DNA from: a virus
Taxonomy: Duplodnaviria > Caudoviricetes
Strand: one strand, 5' to 3'
IMG/VR virus record: IMGVR_UViG_3300015249_000003
Coordinates: 1 to 25,631 of that record
Length of the DNA stretch: 25,631 nucleotides
Positions 24,333 to 25,631 of this stretch are shown one piece after another; positions within the stretch are counted from its first letter, which is position 1; each line of letters starts with the position of its first letter. Below the pieces are notes generated by a model. It ran no database searches. It was given only the letters and a program-made list of their open reading frames with translations, and had not been told where the DNA came from. A program made the translations under genes and the position numbers.

Positions 24333-24520
24333 GGCGGTTTTGTAAAAGTGATTTTGCGCCGAGCGGCGGAGATTGCCCGATCCCACTCCGCTTCGGAAGT
24401 GGTGGGGTGGCCCTTGCGGTCTGGTATCCAGCGGATGCCACGGGCTTTCAACAGACGCTTCACCGCCGACGGCTGTTTCGCGTCAAGCAGTTGGCAGAGT
24501 TGTTGAAAGCTAAGCGCCAT
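24233..24520 (-). CDS. Excisionase-like small DNA-binding protein (DUF4224-like)
   Basis: Pattern LSFQQLCQL...KQPSAVKRLLKARGIRW..DRKGHP; directly upstream of, and overlapping, the integrase stub. Confidence 0.6.
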   Translation of the reverse strand: MALSFQQLCQLLDAKQPSAVKRLLKARGIRWIPDRKGHPTTSEAEWDRAISAARRKITFTKPPCRKKTSPSRPAYEQSTAPGTSSESTSGRSSAA

Positions 24521-24532
24521 GCTGTTCAGCTA

Positions 24533-24790
24533 TCAGGTAGTCCAGCCAAGCCCGCGCGCGTGATCGCCGCATGCGTTCACGTAGCCGCCGTCCTTCGGAA
24601 ACCCGATCGAAGCTTCCTTGCGACACTTGTCGACTTGGCACGCGACTAGAAGGCTGGAGACGGCCTTGCAGTTAGGGCAACCGTTCACCTCGTCCGTCGG
24701 ATCGAACGGATTGGGAGCGCTCAGGATCTGAGCGTTGCGCCCCATCCAACCGCATTCCCTGCACACCGTGCGATCACTTGCCATCGCCAC
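24533..24790 (-). CDS. Cys-rich putative double zinc-binding protein
   Basis: Motifs CREC, CPNC, CQVDKC and CGDH. GAGGA lies just upstream and fits ATG 24784 best. Confidence 0.7.
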   Translation of the reverse strand: MAMASDRTVCRECGWMGRNAQILSAPNPFDPTDEVNGCPNCKAVSSLLVACQVDKCRKEASIGFPKDGGYVNACGDHARGLGWTT

Positions 24791-24852
24791 ATCCTCGACG
24801 CAGAGCGGAATGATCGAATGATCTTTTCAAAAGGTCACACAACATCCGGTTC

Positions 24853-25329
24853 TCACTGCAGATGCGGTAGGAGTAGCGGCATTTCGCCACTCTCGTAAGC
24901 GCCCTTGATAAGCGGCCGCGCATGCTCCGCCATCGTCTGGCCATTCGGCAAAACGACGTGCGCCAGGAACTCAGATTCAAACTCCACAATCCCCGCGTCT
25001 ACGGCCTCCAGCTTCGCCTTAATGACGAGCGCGAGAGCCCTCCACCTCTGGCGCACCCCCTGCTCGTATCGCTTCTCTGAGGCGTCCTGAGAGAGCGGCT
25101 GCTGGTTCCACGTCTCCGCATGACGGGTGTGCGTGAACTCGCGCGCCTTCCGGTCTGGCATCGGGAGTACGAAGCGCAACAGCCTGTCGTGAGCCTTGAA
25201 GCCGATCACTGCCTTGTCGCCCTGCCACCCGTACATGAAGGCGGTCGCTCCATAGCGGGTGAGCGTGCGCTCAATCTCGGCGCGTGACTTCTCGGCTGGG
25301 ACGTCGGTCTCTGATGCAAACTTAGCCAA
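24853..25329 (-). CDS. Conserved phage hypothetical protein
   Basis: The patterns T.V..EKSR.EIE..L.RYGA..F and WRAL.LVIKAKLEAV..GI..FE.EFL are familiar from phage early regions. SD AGGAG. Confidence 0.8.
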   Translation of the reverse strand: MAKFASETDVPAEKSRAEIERTLTRYGATAFMYGWQGDKAVIGFKAHDRLLRFVLPMPDRKAREFTHTRHAETWNQQPLSQDASEKRYEQGVRQRWRALALVIKAKLEAVDAGIVEFESEFLAHVVLPNGQTMAEHARPLIKGAYESGEMPLLLPHLQ

Positions 25330-25631
25330 TCATTTCTCCTGAGGCGCAGTCCGGTTCTCAGGTTCCACCCGCACAGTGAAGCCATCGCACGCTGCGAGCA
25401 GTGTCGCCATCCCTTGTCGGCGCATCACGCTCAACAGTCGCTCCAGCGCGTCAGAGACGGGGATCATCTGCGAATTGGCGACAGGCAACCGCACCACGTT
25501 CGCAGGCGGTTTGATTCGTGACTCACCGACTGTCACCGCCGCGTCGTAACGGTCAAGCACCTCGCCGCAGACGGCAACCATCAGCAGTCCGTTCTTCGAC
25601 TCAGGATCAAAGAGCTTCGTGTCGGAGCGGG
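25330..25631 (-). CDS. Hypothetical protein (probably 5' truncated by the window edge)
   Basis: The frame stays open from the window end (RSDTKLFDPESKNGLLMVAVCG...). Its stop abuts the start of the next gene. Confidence 0.55.
   Translation of the reverse strand, partial: RSDTKLFDPESKNGLLMVAVCGEVLDRYDAAVTVGESRIKPPANVVRLPVANSQMIPVSDALERLLSVMRRQGMATLLAACDGFTVRVEPENRTAPQEK

Larger units (their letters stand above)
1..25631. mobile_element. Podovirus-type phage/prophage segment (BPP-1/epsilon15-like morphogenesis module)
   Basis: Complete ordered packaging-head-tail-ejection-spike-lysis gene set, with no host housekeeping genes. Confidence 0.95.

Noticed and set aside
23695-24345. 216-aa + strand ORF
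   Set aside because: It is an Arg/Ser/Pro-rich shadow spanning several better-supported small genes on both strands.
1-25631. CRISPR array, tRNA/rRNA genes, repeated phage-RNAP promoters, att site
   Set aside because: I saw no regularly spaced repeats, cloverleaf or recurring ~20-bp promoter motif by eye. An att core cannot be identified without the host sequence.

Overview
This window is the late (morphogenesis and lysis) region of a high-GC podovirus-type phage or prophage. It has the BPP-1/epsilon15-like head layout and a T7-like short-tail layout. On the + strand the order is: a truncated virion-like gene, a Trp-periodic micropeptide, terS, terL, portal, Bbp19-like protein, scaffold, major capsid, cement protein, accessory genes, tail adaptor, nozzle, gp13-like protein, three ejection proteins, a beta-helix tailspike, and an unusually long lysis block rich in small membrane proteins. 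Converging - strand genes include an excisionase-like gene followed by only an N-terminal stub of an integrase. Five things stand out: (1) an orphan Phd/YefM antitoxin-family gene plus a structured ~260-nt spacer inside the head operon; (2) an antisense HNH gene between capsid and cement, with its own apparently leaderless promoter; (3) a capsid stop codon in a hairpin loop, followed by an in-frame open frame; (4) a non-canonical spanin-position gene set; (5) the broken integrase. All family assignments come from motif recognition and gene order by eye; no searches or folding programs were run.
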